From NCBI GenBank assembly GCA_963711215.1, contig CAVQDH010000012.1:7316-71315 (forward strand): a DNA stretch of 64,000 nucleotides, written 5' to 3'. The notes beneath the pieces are model-generated. The model saw nothing but the letters and a program-made list of their open reading frames with translations. It was not told the DNA's origin and did no database searches. Positions within the stretch are counted from its first letter, which is position 1. Every line of letters starts with the position of its first letter. The stretch comes from an uncultured Alphaproteobacteria bacterium (GTDB lineage Bacteria; Pseudomonadota; Alphaproteobacteria; UBA8366). The position numbers and the translations under genes were made by a program. Positions 63,540 to 64,000 of the stretch are shown in pieces.

Positions 63540-64000
63540 ATGGAAACCGAAACCGTCAAATGCCGCATCGCCGACTACATCGCCGTCGTGACCATGGACC
63601 GGCCGCCGGTCAACGCGCAGAACGCGCAGATGAACAGCGACATGGCGCTGGTTTTCGACACGATCAGCGATCGCGACGACGTGCGCGTCGCCGTGCTCAC
63701 CGGCGCCGGCAAGTGCTTCTCCGCGGGCGCCGACATCAAGGACCGCGCCGGCAAGGAGCGCGCGCCGGGCGAGGCCTGGCAGCACAACCGGCGCGTCCGC
63801 GAGGCCTTCCACGCCATCGTCGAATGCGAGAAACCGGTGATCGGCGCAATCAACGGCCCGGCGCTGGGCGCCGGCCTCGCGGTCGCCGCCTCCTGCGATA
63901 TCCTGGTCGCCGCCGAGGAAGCGACGCTTGGCCTGCCGGAGATCAACGTCGGGCTGATGGGCGGCGGCCGCCACGCGATGCGGCTGTTCGGCCACTCCCG
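63540..64000 (+). CDS. Enoyl-CoA hydratase/isomerase (crotonase) family protein, 3' end outside window
   Basis: ATG 63540: METETVKCRIADYIAVVTMDRPPVNAQ...LTGAGKCFSAGADIKD...KPVIGAINGPALGAGLAVAASCDILVAAEEATLGLPEINVGL. It is not in the ORF track because it is open-ended. Confidence 0.85.
   Translation, partial: METETVKCRIADYIAVVTMDRPPVNAQNAQMNSDMALVFDTISDRDDVRVAVLTGAGKCFSAGADIKDRAGKERAPGEAWQHNRRVREAFHAIVECEKPVIGAINGPALGAGLAVAASCDILVAAEEATLGLPEINVGLMGGGRHAMRLFGHS

Overview
High-GC alphaproteobacterial chromosome segment. Synteny suggests Hyphomicrobiales/Rhizobiales: dusB(nifR3)-ntrBC-ntrYX-trkA...hfq-hflX, CIRCE-controlled groESL, and a PdhB carrying its own lipoyl domain. This is core housekeeping DNA. 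I found no defence system, prophage, IS element, CRISPR array, tRNA or rRNA.

Gene content in order:
- CoA-transferase and livHMGF-livJ
- Cell-wall genes (lytic transglycosylase, rlpA, a DD-carboxypeptidase) and tmk-holB-metG-tatD
- A dodecin gene, a split ThDP decarboxylase, ggt, mazG and a DUF3095 gene
- Two inositol-monophosphatase paralogs, groESL and hflX-hfq
- The ntr regulatory block, ispDF-pgpA-cinA and lipA
- The pdhA-pdhB-pdhC-lpdA operon, ftsB, eno, kdsA, pyrG, secG, tpiA, trpE, a YibQ-like deacetylase and a partial enoyl-CoA hydratase

Four things stand out:
1. By hand translation, about 45 single-base frame breaks hit 23 otherwise well-conserved genes. metG alone carries about 17-19. 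This looks like consensus or polishing error rather than gene decay. I label those genes as pseudogenes only because the frame is broken in the sequence as given.
2. A ~1.15 kb ORF-poor, AT-enriched spacer (15778-16931) carries reiterated CGAAAA motifs and five phased A-tracts.
3. Two families of hairpin/MITE-like intergenic repeats are present. They bracket the dodecin gene and the DUF3095 gene as direct repeats, and one copy sits inside the pdh operon.
4. Smaller regulatory items: a duplicated terminator after groEL, a sigma70 promoter plus CIRCE overlapping the hflX stop, and a perfect 8-bp palindrome in a very AT-rich pdhA upstream region.

I do not see a convincing novel multi-gene system. 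The best unexplained pieces are the 1.15 kb spacer and the repeat-bracketed DUF3095 and dodecin cassettes.
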